NCBI GenBank assembly: GCA_040377305.1 | Contig: JBEIPA010000003.1 | Coordinates: forward strand, 188,978 to 252,977 | Length of the DNA stretch: 64,000 nucleotides | Source: Flavobacteriales bacterium | GTDB taxonomy: Bacteria > Bacteroidota > Bacteroidia > Palsa-965 | Direction: 5' to 3' | Shown: one piece after another, positions 11,660-21,690 of the stretch | How positions within the stretch are numbered: the stretch's first letter is position 1 | Layout: the number at the start of each line of letters is the position of its first letter | Notes under the pieces: generated by a model | What the model was told of the DNA's origin: nothing | The model's input: the letters and a program-made list of their open reading frames with translations, nothing else | The model's database searches: none | Translations under genes and position numbers: made by a program

Positions 11660-13807
11660 ATGAAGAAGCTACTAACACTCGCACTTGTTCTTTCCGGATT
11701 TACGTTTCAGTCGTTCGCACAGAACGTGGAATGGGAAGAGAAGAATTTTCCTGATAAAAAAGCTTTCAAGGAAGCGAAACGTCATTACGAAGACGGCAAC
11801 GATCATTATAATGAAGCGCGCGGAATTGAACTTGAATTGCTTGATGGTTTCATCAAGGAAAACGGGTACCTGCCGAATGGAAGTAATGAACTTCAGGGCG
11901 GGCAAGGCAGTATATATAAAATGGCATTGGACGAATTTCTCATTGCTAATCAGTTCAACCCGAATAGTGCGAGTTTGAATTTTAAAATCGCTGTGTGTTA
12001 TTATAATTTGCCGAGTCAGAAACTGATGGGCACCAGCTATCTCGAGAAGGCGCAGAAACTCAATCCTTCCGTGGACCCGATGTTGAATTATTATCTGGGG
12101 CGATTGTTTCACCTCTCCAGTCGTTGGGACGATGCAATTGCTGCTTACCGCAATTACCAAACTACGTTGTCTGCTGATCCAACAAAGAACAGAGACAAAA
12201 TCGCAGATATGAACCGAAAAATCGGTGAGTGTATTAACGGAAAGGAATATGTTAAGAATCCGCAACGGGTGTTCATTGACAATCTTGGTAAAACGGTGAA
12301 CTCTCCGGATCCGGAGTACACACCACTGATTACTGCTGATGAATCGGAAATGCTTTTCTGTTCCCGTCGCGCAAATACAACTGGTGGAACTAAAGATGAT
12401 GGTGGTCAGTTCTATGAGGATTTGTACATCACGCAACATATTAATGGCACATGGACAGCACCGATAAATTTAGGAAAGCCTGTAAACACGGAAGACCACG
12501 ATGCTCCGGCAGGTTTGTCACCAGATGGACAGATCTTATATACGTACCGGCATTCGGGTAACGGAGATATTTTTGAGAGTGATCTGAAGGGCACCGTGTG
12601 GTCAGAACCGGAACGTTTGAACAAGAATATCAATACGGATGCACACGAATCTTCAGTGTCGGTTTCCGGCGATGGAAAAAAACTGTACTTCGTCAGTGAC
12701 AAAAAAGTGGAAGGTTCTATTGGCAACCGCGATATCTGGTATTCAACGAAGGATGAAAAAGGTAAGTGGGGCAAGTCTGTAAACCTTGGGCCCGGTGTAA
12801 ACACGATGTACGGTGAAGAAGGTGTATTCGTGCATCCTGATGGAAAAACGATTTATTTCAGCTCGCAAGGACACAAAACAATGGGAGGATATGATGTATT
12901 CAAAATTGTATTTGAGAACGGAGCTTGGTCACAACCGATCAACCTCGGTTATCCGATCAACGGTCCTGATGATGATGTGTTCTTCGTAATCTCTGCGAGT
13001 GGTAAGCACGGTTATTTCGCTTCGAACAAAGCAGACGGACAAGGTGAGAAAGATATTTACAAGATCACTTTCCTTGGTCCGGAAAAACCACTTGCGATCA
13101 GTAATGAAGACAACCTTCTTGCAGGAAGAACGGCTCCGGTAAAACAAGTTCAAGCGCAACAAACCGTTCCTGTAACAACCGCTAATGTTACTCTTTTGAA
13201 AGGAGTAATCACCGACATCAACACGAAGAAGCCGCTTGCTGCGACAATAGAAATCGTCGACAACTCACGTAATGAAGTTGTAGCCACCTTTACGGCGAAC
13301 ACGGCATCAGGAAAGTATCTCGCGGTTCTTCCGTCAGGGAAAAACTATGGTATTGCCGTGAAGATGGACGGTTACCTTTTCCATTCCGAAAACTTCGATA
13401 TTCCGCTCGCTGCGAATTACCAGGAAGTGGTGAAGGACGTAGAGATGAAACCAATTGTTGTCGGAAGTACGATCGTTTTGAAAAACGTGTTCTTCGATTA
13501 CAACAAAGCAACGTTGAAGTCAGAATCATACATCGAGCTTGATCGTGTTGTGAAGCTGCTTAACGATAATCCTTCTATGCGGATTGAACTTTCCGGTCAC
13601 ACCGATAATCGCGGTACGGAAGAATACAATCAAAAGCTTTCAGAAGATCGTGCGAAATCGTGTGTTGAATATCTGACCAGCAAAGGAATTGCACCGAGCC
13701 GTTTGGAGTTCAAAGGTTACGGAGAATCGAAGCCAATCAATCCGAACAATACGGAAGAAGGTTGGGCGGAGAACAGACGGACGGAGTTTAAGATTATTGG
13801 GAAATAA
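11660..13807 (+). CDS. OmpA-family peptidoglycan-binding protein with TPR, PD40 and carboxypeptidase-regulatory domains (PorE-like architecture)
   Basis: Signal peptide MKKLLTLAL; PD40 repeats (NLGK-x-VNS, DG-x2-LYF-x-S); C-terminal FFDYNKA...GHTDNRG...NQKLSEDRA...NRRTEF. Confidence 0.9.
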   Translation: MKKLLTLALVLSGFTFQSFAQNVEWEEKNFPDKKAFKEAKRHYEDGNDHYNEARGIELELLDGFIKENGYLPNGSNELQGGQGSIYKMALDEFLIANQFNPNSASLNFKIAVCYYNLPSQKLMGTSYLEKAQKLNPSVDPMLNYYLGRLFHLSSRWDDAIAAYRNYQTTLSADPTKNRDKIADMNRKIGECINGKEYVKNPQRVFIDNLGKTVNSPDPEYTPLITADESEMLFCSRRANTTGGTKDDGGQFYEDLYITQHINGTWTAPINLGKPVNTEDHDAPAGLSPDGQILYTYRHSGNGDIFESDLKGTVWSEPERLNKNINTDAHESSVSVSGDGKKLYFVSDKKVEGSIGNRDIWYSTKDEKGKWGKSVNLGPGVNTMYGEEGVFVHPDGKTIYFSSQGHKTMGGYDVFKIVFENGAWSQPINLGYPINGPDDDVFFVISASGKHGYFASNKADGQGEKDIYKITFLGPEKPLAISNEDNLLAGRTAPVKQVQAQQTVPVTTANVTLLKGVITDINTKKPLAATIEIVDNSRNEVVATFTANTASGKYLAVLPSGKNYGIAVKMDGYLFHSENFDIPLAANYQEVVKDVEMKPIVVGSTIVLKNVFFDYNKATLKSESYIELDRVVKLLNDNPSMRIELSGHTDNRGTEEYNQKLSEDRAKSCVEYLTSKGIAPSRLEFKGYGESKPINPNNTEEGWAENRRTEFKIIGK

Positions 13808-13888
13808 TTCCGCATTTCGAATTCTGGATTCCGAGATTTCGCACAAAGAATCTTTGAGTCCGGAATTGCGGAATCACAGAATCGCGGA

Positions 13889-14602
13889 ATGATGAGCGAC
13901 GAAAGGTTTTACGAGCGCGAACTGGTTACTACCGAAGACGGTTCCACTTCCATATTTCTTCCTCAGCTAAACGAACACTACCATTCCCATCACGGCGCGG
14001 TGCAGGAATCGCAATACGTGTTTATGAAAATGGGGTGGGAGGAACTACGCTGGAAGAATCGCGTTGATGTTCTTGAAATTGGTTTCGGTACTGGGTTGAA
14101 TGCATGGCTGGTTTTGAATGAAATGCTTGGTGATCCTGCGGCGCCAAGGGTGCATTATACCAGTTTGGAGCTTTATCCTGTTGAACTGAATCTCCTGGCA
14201 CAAGTGGGCTATTGGAATTTGGTCGCGAATGGAAGTGGTCACGATCACAAGCAGTTATTTCTAAATATGCATGTTGCATCGTGGGATTCGGAAGCGGAAA
14301 TTTATCCGGGCTTTGTGCTGGAGAAATTGAAACAAAGCGTGCAGGATTTTCAACCACGAATTTTATACGATTTGATTTTCTTCGATGCATTCTCTCCCAA
14401 TGTGCAGCCTGAATTGTGGACGAAAGAAATTTTCGAAAAGATGTTTGCAGCAATGAATCCCGGTGGAATTCTGGTTACTTATTGTGCAAAAGGGGATGTA
14501 AGACGAAACATGATCGCTGCTGGATTTGAAGTGGAGAGAGTTGCTGGTCCACCGGGAAAGAGGGAGATGTTACGCGCCCGGGTAGTGGGTTCTAAGTTCT
14601 AG
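13889..14602 (+). CDS. mnmD: tRNA mnm5s2U methyltransferase (stand-alone MnmC methyltransferase domain)
   Basis: TEDGSTS...EHYHSHHGAVQES, LEIGFGTGLN, FFDAFSP, PELW, TYCAKG, GPPGKREML. Confidence 0.9.
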   Translation: MMSDERFYERELVTTEDGSTSIFLPQLNEHYHSHHGAVQESQYVFMKMGWEELRWKNRVDVLEIGFGTGLNAWLVLNEMLGDPAAPRVHYTSLELYPVELNLLAQVGYWNLVANGSGHDHKQLFLNMHVASWDSEAEIYPGFVLEKLKQSVQDFQPRILYDLIFFDAFSPNVQPELWTKEIFEKMFAAMNPGGILVTYCAKGDVRRNMIAAGFEVERVAGPPGKREMLRARVVGSKF

Positions 14603-14668
14603 GTTTAAAGAATTCGAACAAAGAATACTGAACAAAGAGAATCGAACCAATAACCAATAACCAGGAAC

Positions 14669-15127
14669 CTAGAACCTGGAACCTTTTCGCGACTCAATTT
14701 CGAGATCAACTTCTTTCAGCCATTTAATTCCTTCGCTGAAGTCCCAAACAACTTTGTAAGGTCGTACAGGCTTGTTGAATTTGTAGTAGAACTCTGCAAT
14801 GATCTTGTGAGCAAGTGTATTTACGAAAACAACTGACGCAAGAAGGGGCGACTGTTTTTCCAGCTGGGAAGCATTTTCCCGTGCCTCTCTGCTAATTGTA
14901 CAGTATTCTCCTGCCTCAAAGATGAAAGGCATTTGCTTTCCGCCGGTAATTTCGTTGTAGACCACCAGAAGAATTTCCTGGACAGTTACAGTGATTTCAG
15001 TGTGTGGTTTGAAATAAACGTGGATGATTCCGTCGTCGCGCAGACCGACTAGTGCAAAGTCATTTTCAATTTTAGAAGCAATTCTTTCCTGATCCTTCAT
15101 CATGGGGGTCCATCGAAGGTAAGTCAT
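14669..15127 (-). CDS. STAS/SEC14-like small cytoplasmic protein, paralog 1
   Basis: GLRDDGIIH...ISREARE...LAHKIIAEFYYKFNKP..PYKV...GIKWL; similar to the adjacent ORF. Confidence 0.7.
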   Translation of the reverse strand: MTYLRWTPMMKDQERIASKIENDFALVGLRDDGIIHVYFKPHTEITVTVQEILLVVYNEITGGKQMPFIFEAGEYCTISREARENASQLEKQSPLLASVVFVNTLAHKIIAEFYYKFNKPVRPYKVVWDFSEGIKWLKEVDLEIESRKGSRF

Positions 15128-15197
15128 ATAAGGATTCGTGAGCCGAATTTCCCTTGATGAAGACTAGCTCCGAACAGTCGAAGAGTGCAGTATTCAC

Positions 15198-15617
15198 TTA
15201 TGGCTTAGATTCAAGCTCTGCGCGCGTTTTCGTCAGCCATTCAATTCCTTCTTCAAAATCTGAGAATACTTTATACGGCTGTTGAGGCTTATTGAATTTA
15301 TAATAGAACTCTGCTATGATTTTATGCGCGAGCGTTTTCACGAGAACAACTTTACAAAGTGTTGGTGTTTTAGGCTCAAGCAGGATAGCATGTTCACGTG
15401 CTTCGCTGGTAACGGTCGAATATTCTCCTGCTTCGTACATAGCTGCGTGTGGTTTGCCTCCAGTGATCTGCATCATCACTTCAAGTTGACGCAATTGATA
15501 TTCTGATGTTATTTCCGCGTGAGGCTTGTAATATAAATGCAGGATGCCGTCCTTCCTTAAACCAATGATTGATTCAGGAAGCTCAATTTTCTGTATGAGC
15601 TGATCGGATTGCGTCAT
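15198..15617 (-). CDS. STAS/SEC14-like small cytoplasmic protein, paralog 2
   Basis: GLRKDGILH...VTSEARE...LAHKIIAEFYYKFNKP..PYKVF...GIEWL. Confidence 0.72.
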   Translation of the reverse strand: MTQSDQLIQKIELPESIIGLRKDGILHLYYKPHAEITSEYQLRQLEVMMQITGGKPHAAMYEAGEYSTVTSEAREHAILLEPKTPTLCKVVLVKTLAHKIIAEFYYKFNKPQQPYKVFSDFEEGIEWLTKTRAELESKP

Positions 15618-15704
15618 TCGGTTTGTAGACGCATCGAAGGTAGAAAAAAGGATTGGTCGATTAAGAACGCCGAAGTGAGAACACTGCGATAGATGTTGAT
15701 GTAT

Positions 15705-16127
15705 TTAAAACTTCATTGCGAAATGATGTGCGGTAATATCAAATCCATAACGCAGATAGAAGCGATGCGCTGCAAATCGTTGTACGCCTGAGTCGAGGTG
15801 AATGCACTCGCATTTTTCATTTTTGCAATAGTCGATGATGAAGTCCAGCACTTTAGCACCATATCCTTTGCTGCGATGTGCTTCCAGTGTGCTCAGATCA
15901 TCAACGTAAACGCCTTTGCCGCGATGAAACATTTCGTCTATACGGAATCCACCAACGCAAGGAACAGTTCCGTCTTCGAGCTCCAGCATTGCGAGGTGAT
16001 ATCCACCGGCAATCATACGCTTGACCATGGTCATGTAATCAGCTTCTTCGAGAAAGGGACGCAGTTCTTTTACTGCAGGAAATGCGCGGCGAAAATCTTC
16101 ACCGGTGCGGGCTATCTTGATGTTCAT
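15705..16127 (-). CDS. GNAT family N-acetyltransferase
   Basis: YVDDLSTLEAHRSKGYG...HLDSGVQRFAAHRFY. Confidence 0.9.
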   Translation of the reverse strand: MNIKIARTGEDFRRAFPAVKELRPFLEEADYMTMVKRMIAGGYHLAMLELEDGTVPCVGGFRIDEMFHRGKGVYVDDLSTLEAHRSKGYGAKVLDFIIDYCKNEKCECIHLDSGVQRFAAHRFYLRYGFDITAHHFAMKF

Positions 16128-16218
16128 ACCTAAAGATACTCAAGCTTTTTTACCACACTTCGACAAGCTTAGTGCAGGCTCCGGATCATAGCCGGTAGTT
16201 TTCTTGTCGGGTGAAAGA

Positions 16219-16273
16219 ACCACATAGTTCACAAGAGGATACCGCTTTAAGCGATATCCCTGTTCTATGCGGT
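16219..16273. repeat. ACCACATAG...CTATG(C/T)GGT palindromic element, short copy
   Basis: Shares ACCACATAG and CATAGTTCACAAGAG with the long copy at 48907-49154. Confidence 0.6.
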
Positions 16274-16277
16274 AAAA

Positions 16278-16448
16278 TCAAAGTTGTGCAGTGGTATCAG
16301 GAAGTATTGTTGTAGTGTCTCTATCCTGGTGCGGACAATCGCGAACCGGACGTATTTCTGTTCGTTCACACGAATACAACATGCAACAGGTGACAAACAT
16401 TGCCGTAAGCCAGAAGGCGAGAATGAGGAGGGGTGATTGCGCGTTCAT
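16278..16448 (-). CDS. Small putative lipoprotein or membrane peptide
   Basis: 56-aa ORF with a hydrophobic stretch ending LYSC; co-oriented with its neighbours. Confidence 0.4.
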   Translation of the reverse strand: MNAQSPLLILAFWLTAMFVTCCMLYSCERTEIRPVRDCPHQDRDTTTILPDTTAQL

Positions 16449-16564
16449 AAGAGTAGGTTTTGTACTTATGACGTTGAAGAACAAGTGATGTCAGCTACAA
16501 TGTTGTAATTGTAAAGATTGATTCGGTAAGTGGAAAGAATTTTGCGGAAAGTGGTAAAGAAAAG

Positions 16565-17011
16565 TTATCCCTTCCACTCGTGCTGACAGTTGGAGCAGAA
16601 ATATGATTTGTTGGAGTGGTTGACTAGTGTTTCCACAATGGCAAGTGTCCCTGTCATTTTCGGAAGATCGGGACGCTTGAGATAAACAGCAGCTTTTTCG
16701 CAGCTCGGACAAATGCTTCTTACGAGATCATATGTCTGTCCATCTACATCCAGGGAATCATGAAGTTCCACGGATGGTTCAACCTGTGCATCAAGCATTG
16801 CAACAATTGCCCTGGCATCGGCTTCCTGAGAACGGTTCACTTTCACCTCAACATTTCCATCGGTAATAGATGAAAACAAACGAGGAGACAAATTGTTCTT
16901 ATTGTGAATTAGGACTGCAATTCCTTCGGACTCTAATCGAAGAGCAAGGAACTGAGCCTGAAATGCAAACTGAAAACTGGCAACTGTTACTAAGTGATCA
17001 AGTGCACTCAT
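16565..17011 (-). CDS. DUF2007-like domain protein with C-terminal zinc ribbon
   Basis: LVTVASF...A...RLESEGI...VEVKV; CPSC ... CSNCQHEW. Confidence 0.78.
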   Translation of the reverse strand: MSALDHLVTVASFQFAFQAQFLALRLESEGIAVLIHNKNNLSPRLFSSITDGNVEVKVNRSQEADARAIVAMLDAQVEPSVELHDSLDVDGQTYDLVRSICPSCEKAAVYLKRPDLPKMTGTLAIVETLVNHSNKSYFCSNCQHEWKG

Positions 17012-17023
17012 GCTCTAAATTAC

Positions 17024-17056
17024 AAAATCCCGCTCGTAAAGACGAACGGGATTTTT
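17024..17056 (-). terminator. Intrinsic terminator after dnaN
   Basis: AAAATCCCG-N-CGGGATTTT hairpin. Confidence 0.7.
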
Positions 17057-17085
17057 ATTAGTTGATGTGCGAATTAGTTGATTAG

Positions 17086-18228
17086 TTAGTTATTGAGCAT
17101 CACTGGCATAACCAACATCAATGTATCTTCTGTAGCGCCGTTGTTGTTGTTTGGTAACAGAATGCCTGCACGGTTTGGAGCCGACATCTCAATTGTAGCT
17201 TCATTGCTGTCGATGTTCGTGAGCATTTCGACAAGGAAGCGGGAGTTGAAACCAATTTCCATATCGTCGCCAGCGTAAGAGCAAGTGAGACGCTCTGCAG
17301 CTTCGTTCGAGAAGTCAAGATCTTCTGCAGAAATATTCAGTTCGCTTCCGGTAATTTTCAACCGTACCTGGTGTGTGGTTTTGTTTGCGAAGATGGAAAC
17401 GCGACGGATAGAACCCAGAAGCGCAGTTGTATCGATTGTAAGTTTATTCGGATTGTTCTTCGGAATAACTGCATCGTAGTTCGGATATTTTCCGTCGATG
17501 AGGCGGCAGATCAAAGTCGAACCAACTGATCCGTCAGGAGCAATTCCCCAGCTAAAGCGAGCGTTAGTTGCATTGTATTCTACGCGAACGAGACCTTCAC
17601 CTGTACCAAGAATATTCTTGAGAAGGTTCAATGGCTTGCGCGGAAGAATGAAAGAAGCGTTTCCGGTAGCTTTCACATCACCGCGACGGTAGCGAACGAG
17701 TTTGTGTGCATCTGTTGCAACGAACGTGGTTCCATCGGTAGCAAATTGTACGAACACGCCCGACATTACCGGACGAAGCTCATCGTTTCCTGCTGCGAAC
17801 AATGTTTTTCCGATTGCGCGGGAAAGAATTGTTCCGTCCATTTCGATAGACGACCCATTGTCCACCGAAGGAGCTTTCGGGAATTCATCTCCATTCTGTC
17901 CGGTGATTTTGTATTTACCGTAGTCAGAAGAAATCTCGATAGCGAGACGCTTCTTGTCGATTGTAAACGTGAGTGGCTGCTCAGGAAAAGTTTTCAGTGT
18001 ATCGATGAGCAGTCGCGCCGGAACAGCAACGTTTCCTGTGTCTTTCGATTCAACCGTAAGATGTGTTGTAATCGTTGTTTCAAGATCAGACGCAGCAATA
18101 GTGAGCGTGCCTTTGTCGACCTCGAACAGGAAATTGTCCAGAATTGGGAGCGTGTTGCTGCTGTTCAGAACACCGTTCAACATCTGGATTTGCTTCAATA
18201 AGGTTGAGCTGGATACAATGAATTTCAT
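17086..18228 (-). CDS. dnaN: DNA polymerase III beta sliding clamp
   Basis: MKFIVSS...LPILDNFLF...VATDAHKL...RLIDGKYPNY...IGFNSRFL...LVMPVM. Confidence 0.97.
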   Translation of the reverse strand: MKFIVSSSTLLKQIQMLNGVLNSSNTLPILDNFLFEVDKGTLTIAASDLETTITTHLTVESKDTGNVAVPARLLIDTLKTFPEQPLTFTIDKKRLAIEISSDYGKYKITGQNGDEFPKAPSVDNGSSIEMDGTILSRAIGKTLFAAGNDELRPVMSGVFVQFATDGTTFVATDAHKLVRYRRGDVKATGNASFILPRKPLNLLKNILGTGEGLVRVEYNATNARFSWGIAPDGSVGSTLICRLIDGKYPNYDAVIPKNNPNKLTIDTTALLGSIRRVSIFANKTTHQVRLKITGSELNISAEDLDFSNEAAERLTCSYAGDDMEIGFNSRFLVEMLTNIDSNEATIEMSAPNRAGILLPNNNNGATEDTLMLVMPVMLNN

Positions 18229-18420
18229 AAGTCGTAGTGATTAATCTTGACTTACAAAAATACCCGTTTTGAGAGGGGAGACCGGTGGGAAAAATCGGAG
18301 TTATTAACGGCTTTTGAACAAGAATTTGACGCTAATTAATCGGAGAAACGACGTGCCAAATTGAGCTAATGAAGTGATTATCATCAGCTAGCAGCCAATT
18401 GGCTTCGAATCTTCAAATCT

Positions 18421-19452
18421 TCAGATTTTCGAAGTAGTCGCACGGGCGAAATAAGCCGGCGTTTGAAGCAGTTTTCCGAAGACGTAATACTGGACCATCA
18501 CGAAATCCTTCCCGTCGTTCACCGTCGCCCACATATTGTCGACATCGTACTTCGGAGCATTCGGCAATGTGTCGGTTCCAAGCACACCCGTTCCTGTTTT
18601 GTGATAGAACTTCACCACGTTCTTTTTGCCGGCCGCATCCTGAACTGTAATAATGTGAGCAGGCGGACTGGTCATCACAGAATCTTTCTTCGAATAATCG
18701 TTGTGAAATTCAGTGAAGCCCAGTCGGATGAAATACGAAATGAACTGACGTACTTGCACCGTGTCGAATGGCAAAGGTTTTCCATCAATCGATTGCAAAC
18801 CATATTGCATGTTCGGCGATTGCATTACAATGAAAGATGCTTCCGGCATACCGGCATGCTCCACTTTTACTGAACGGATATCCGGTACGAAATACTGGAA
18901 CGCCGCTTTGTCGCGCCATTCGCGCTCGTCTGGAGAATAACGTGTGGTGAGATAACCATTGAATCCCTTGATCTCCATGATGAAAGGTTCCGAAGAATTC
19001 TCTCCCGTCTTTGCGTCGGCAAGCAACATGTAGGTGCCAAGCATATCAGGTGTTTCTCCACCTACATAGTACAAACGTTGCAGTTCTCCGTCTGCATAAA
19101 TTTCGCACTTCACAGAGCCGGTAATTAGACTCTTCACAATGTTCTCACGCGCTTTCGCGCCAACAGGCTCGCGCACACTGACTCTATAAATAGTTGCCAG
19201 TAACGTGTTAATTGCATCCTGACGGGCAATGAATTTCTCATTTACTGTCCACGTTCCATTCGTATTCCGAACAAGTGTGACTTGCTTACCGGTTTTATCG
19301 GCAAGGAAAATTTTATCTACACCAGCCGTGTCTGCGTAAGCAAAATCCCGGAGTTCTTGCGCAACTGAACCCGGACCTGAATTCATTACCAGATAAACGG
19401 TGCCTGCACCAAGAATGAGAACGGCCAGGAGGATAATCGTATTACGGTTCAT
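18421..19452 (-). CDS. DUF4340 domain protein (Gld ABC-associated)
   Basis: N-terminal TM, DKIFLADK...WTVN...GYLTTRY...WRD; sits between gldG and dnaN as in other Bacteroidota. Confidence 0.75.
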   Translation of the reverse strand: MNRNTIILLAVLILGAGTVYLVMNSGPGSVAQELRDFAYADTAGVDKIFLADKTGKQVTLVRNTNGTWTVNEKFIARQDAINTLLATIYRVSVREPVGAKARENIVKSLITGSVKCEIYADGELQRLYYVGGETPDMLGTYMLLADAKTGENSSEPFIMEIKGFNGYLTTRYSPDEREWRDKAAFQYFVPDIRSVKVEHAGMPEASFIVMQSPNMQYGLQSIDGKPLPFDTVQVRQFISYFIRLGFTEFHNDYSKKDSVMTSPPAHIITVQDAAGKKNVVKFYHKTGTGVLGTDTLPNAPKYDVDNMWATVNDGKDFVMVQYYVFGKLLQTPAYFARATTSKI

Positions 19453-19578
19453 ATAATTGAAATGTCGTTACTGGGGAGTTGAACGTTTGCCCGGAAATTC
19501 ACAATTGACGGACGATACAAAGATGGGTATTCAATCGTAATTGCAGCAGCAATTCTCATTGGTGGCACAATTTGGCTT

Positions 19579-21690
19579 CTAATTGGTCTGATTGCGGCGA
19601 CTTAAGTACATCGCACGAATGAAGAACACCATGCTTAATATACCGCCGATGAGAACGATGAATAGAATTCCACCCCGTGTAGGTTCATTAATCGGAATTA
19701 CACCTTTCGCCCACCACCACACGGCAAGGTTTGCAACGGCACTGGCAAGGAGACTCCACATCAGTTTCGTAGTTCTACGTTTAGTCCACAAAATGGCAGT
19801 GAGTACGACGATGAATGAAAGACCGCAAGCGATAAAACTTTGTGTGATCATGTACACCGCAATTGCAGCGAATAACGGCAGCACATAATCCATGATATTT
19901 ACCGTAGATGCATCGTGTTGTGAACCGTACATTCTCTTTCTCGACCACATGCGGAAGAATCCGAAAAGAAGAATGCTGAAAATTGGCGCACCTACGTTTA
20001 CCGCCTGCCACCACGCACGTTGTTCACGCGCTTTCGTGCGATCAAGCATGCGAAGCGTAACCTCACGGGAGCGAACTGAAATCAATCCCTGATCATCGAG
20101 CAAATAGTTCATGCAATTCAGAAGGAATGTTTTGTTGGCATAGAACGCTGGATTTAACCGGTTGAAACGATCGATTCCTAACGGACCAGCTTGTCCCTGA
20201 CGAATTGGATTCGATGCAACATCGCCATCAGAAATCACAATGATCTTCGTAGGCTTCCCGGTTTTGATGTAACCGATTTCTTTCGAATTCACAATTTCGT
20301 CCGCAAGAATTTTCTGTTTGAAGTACGAGTTAAACGGACCTTCGAGCAAAACAGCCACAGGCATTCCCGGGCGATTGAATTCGTCAGGTTGACGATCATA
20401 CATCGACATCATCAGCAACAACTCCGAAGGTGCGCGGAAAATGTTCGACTCATTGGAAGACTTCAACAGAATTTCTTTCTTAATCGGAGCAGAGGTCGTG
20501 ATGGTGTCAATGGAACCAACAAAATCGAACTTGATCAGATCAAGATTAAGTACGATCGGATGTTTTTCTGCAGGAAGAATGGTTGGTGAATAGTACCAAT
20601 CCCGTTCTACAAACTGCATTTGCTGACCTTGTCCGACCGGAATCTGAACTTTGGAGCACTTCAGATCTTCAATTAATTCTGTCTTCAAACCTGCTCCGTA
20701 ACTGTAAAGTACTTCTTCCAATCCGGGATCAGTCTCCGTAATTCCGTAGTGGCGACGAAGAACCATGGACGATCCTTGCATCTGAATGCTGTCCATTTTC
20801 GCAGTGGTTGCATCCACCAGGAACATTGCTTTTCCGCCATAGATGATGAACTGATCGAGAATAAAAAGTTCTTGTGTGGTGAATGCCGAATCAGGTCCGA
20901 CCATCACCAGGGCGTCGTATTTATTTCTGATCTGTGTGGCGTTCTGTAAAGTATCACGGAATGTATTCAGCAAAGGACCGAAAGGAACGAATTCAACATC
21001 GTAATACTCGCTGAGTCCTTTCACGAAATCTGCAATCTCCAACGAATCGGCTTCACCGTGTCCTTGTGTAACTGCAACTTTCGGTTTGATATTCATGCGC
21101 ACTTTACGGATACCATTCGAGAGTTCATATTCCAAACCTTCGATCGCATTGTTTACGGCTTCTTCACTCGGACGGGAAGATGATCCCATCAACGGAATGA
21201 TGATTTCACGCGTCGTGCCGTGACGGACGATTGCCCAGGGAAACAACAACTGATTTACCTGATTGCCGTTTTCGTCAATGTTGCTTTCCGCATGGGGATA
21301 CATTCCCTTTTCCGCCAATTGACGTTGGAAAGCTTTGCGCGCATTCTCGTCATCCTGTTCGCCCGGATCAACAAAGTTGTATTGAATGTTGTCGGGATTG
21401 TACGCACGAAACTCCTCGAGCATGATCTGCGTTTCATCGCGCAGACGTTTGTACTCACTCGCACCCTGCGGAAAATCACCTTCGAGATATACTTCGAAAT
21501 AAATGCCGTCGTCGAGTGAATCCAGCATTTCTATAGTGCTCTCTGCAAGTGTGTAACGACCTTCACTCGTAAGGTCGAAACGATGGAAAACGTACTGCGA
21601 GGCAATATTCAACAGTATGATCGCCACAATGCCCAATCCGAGCAAAGTGATGTCCTGTTGTTTATTGTTCGTTTTCTTTTCCATTACCAT
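19579..21690 (-). CDS. gldG: Gliding motility ABC transporter auxiliary component GldG, with C-terminal membrane extension
   Basis: RFDLTSEGRYTL, VYLEGDFP, LEYELSNGI, LDQFIIYGGK, IIVISDGD, NYLLDDQGLISVRSRE. Confidence 0.92.
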   Translation of the reverse strand: MVMEKKTNNKQQDITLLGLGIVAIILLNIASQYVFHRFDLTSEGRYTLAESTIEMLDSLDDGIYFEVYLEGDFPQGASEYKRLRDETQIMLEEFRAYNPDNIQYNFVDPGEQDDENARKAFQRQLAEKGMYPHAESNIDENGNQVNQLLFPWAIVRHGTTREIIIPLMGSSSRPSEEAVNNAIEGLEYELSNGIRKVRMNIKPKVAVTQGHGEADSLEIADFVKGLSEYYDVEFVPFGPLLNTFRDTLQNATQIRNKYDALVMVGPDSAFTTQELFILDQFIIYGGKAMFLVDATTAKMDSIQMQGSSMVLRRHYGITETDPGLEEVLYSYGAGLKTELIEDLKCSKVQIPVGQGQQMQFVERDWYYSPTILPAEKHPIVLNLDLIKFDFVGSIDTITTSAPIKKEILLKSSNESNIFRAPSELLLMMSMYDRQPDEFNRPGMPVAVLLEGPFNSYFKQKILADEIVNSKEIGYIKTGKPTKIIVISDGDVASNPIRQGQAGPLGIDRFNRLNPAFYANKTFLLNCMNYLLDDQGLISVRSREVTLRMLDRTKAREQRAWWQAVNVGAPIFSILLFGFFRMWSRKRMYGSQHDASTVNIMDYVLPLFAAIAVYMITQSFIACGLSFIVVLTAILWTKRRTTKLMWSLLASAVANLAVWWWAKGVIPINEPTRGGILFIVLIGGILSMVFFIRAMYLSRRNQTN

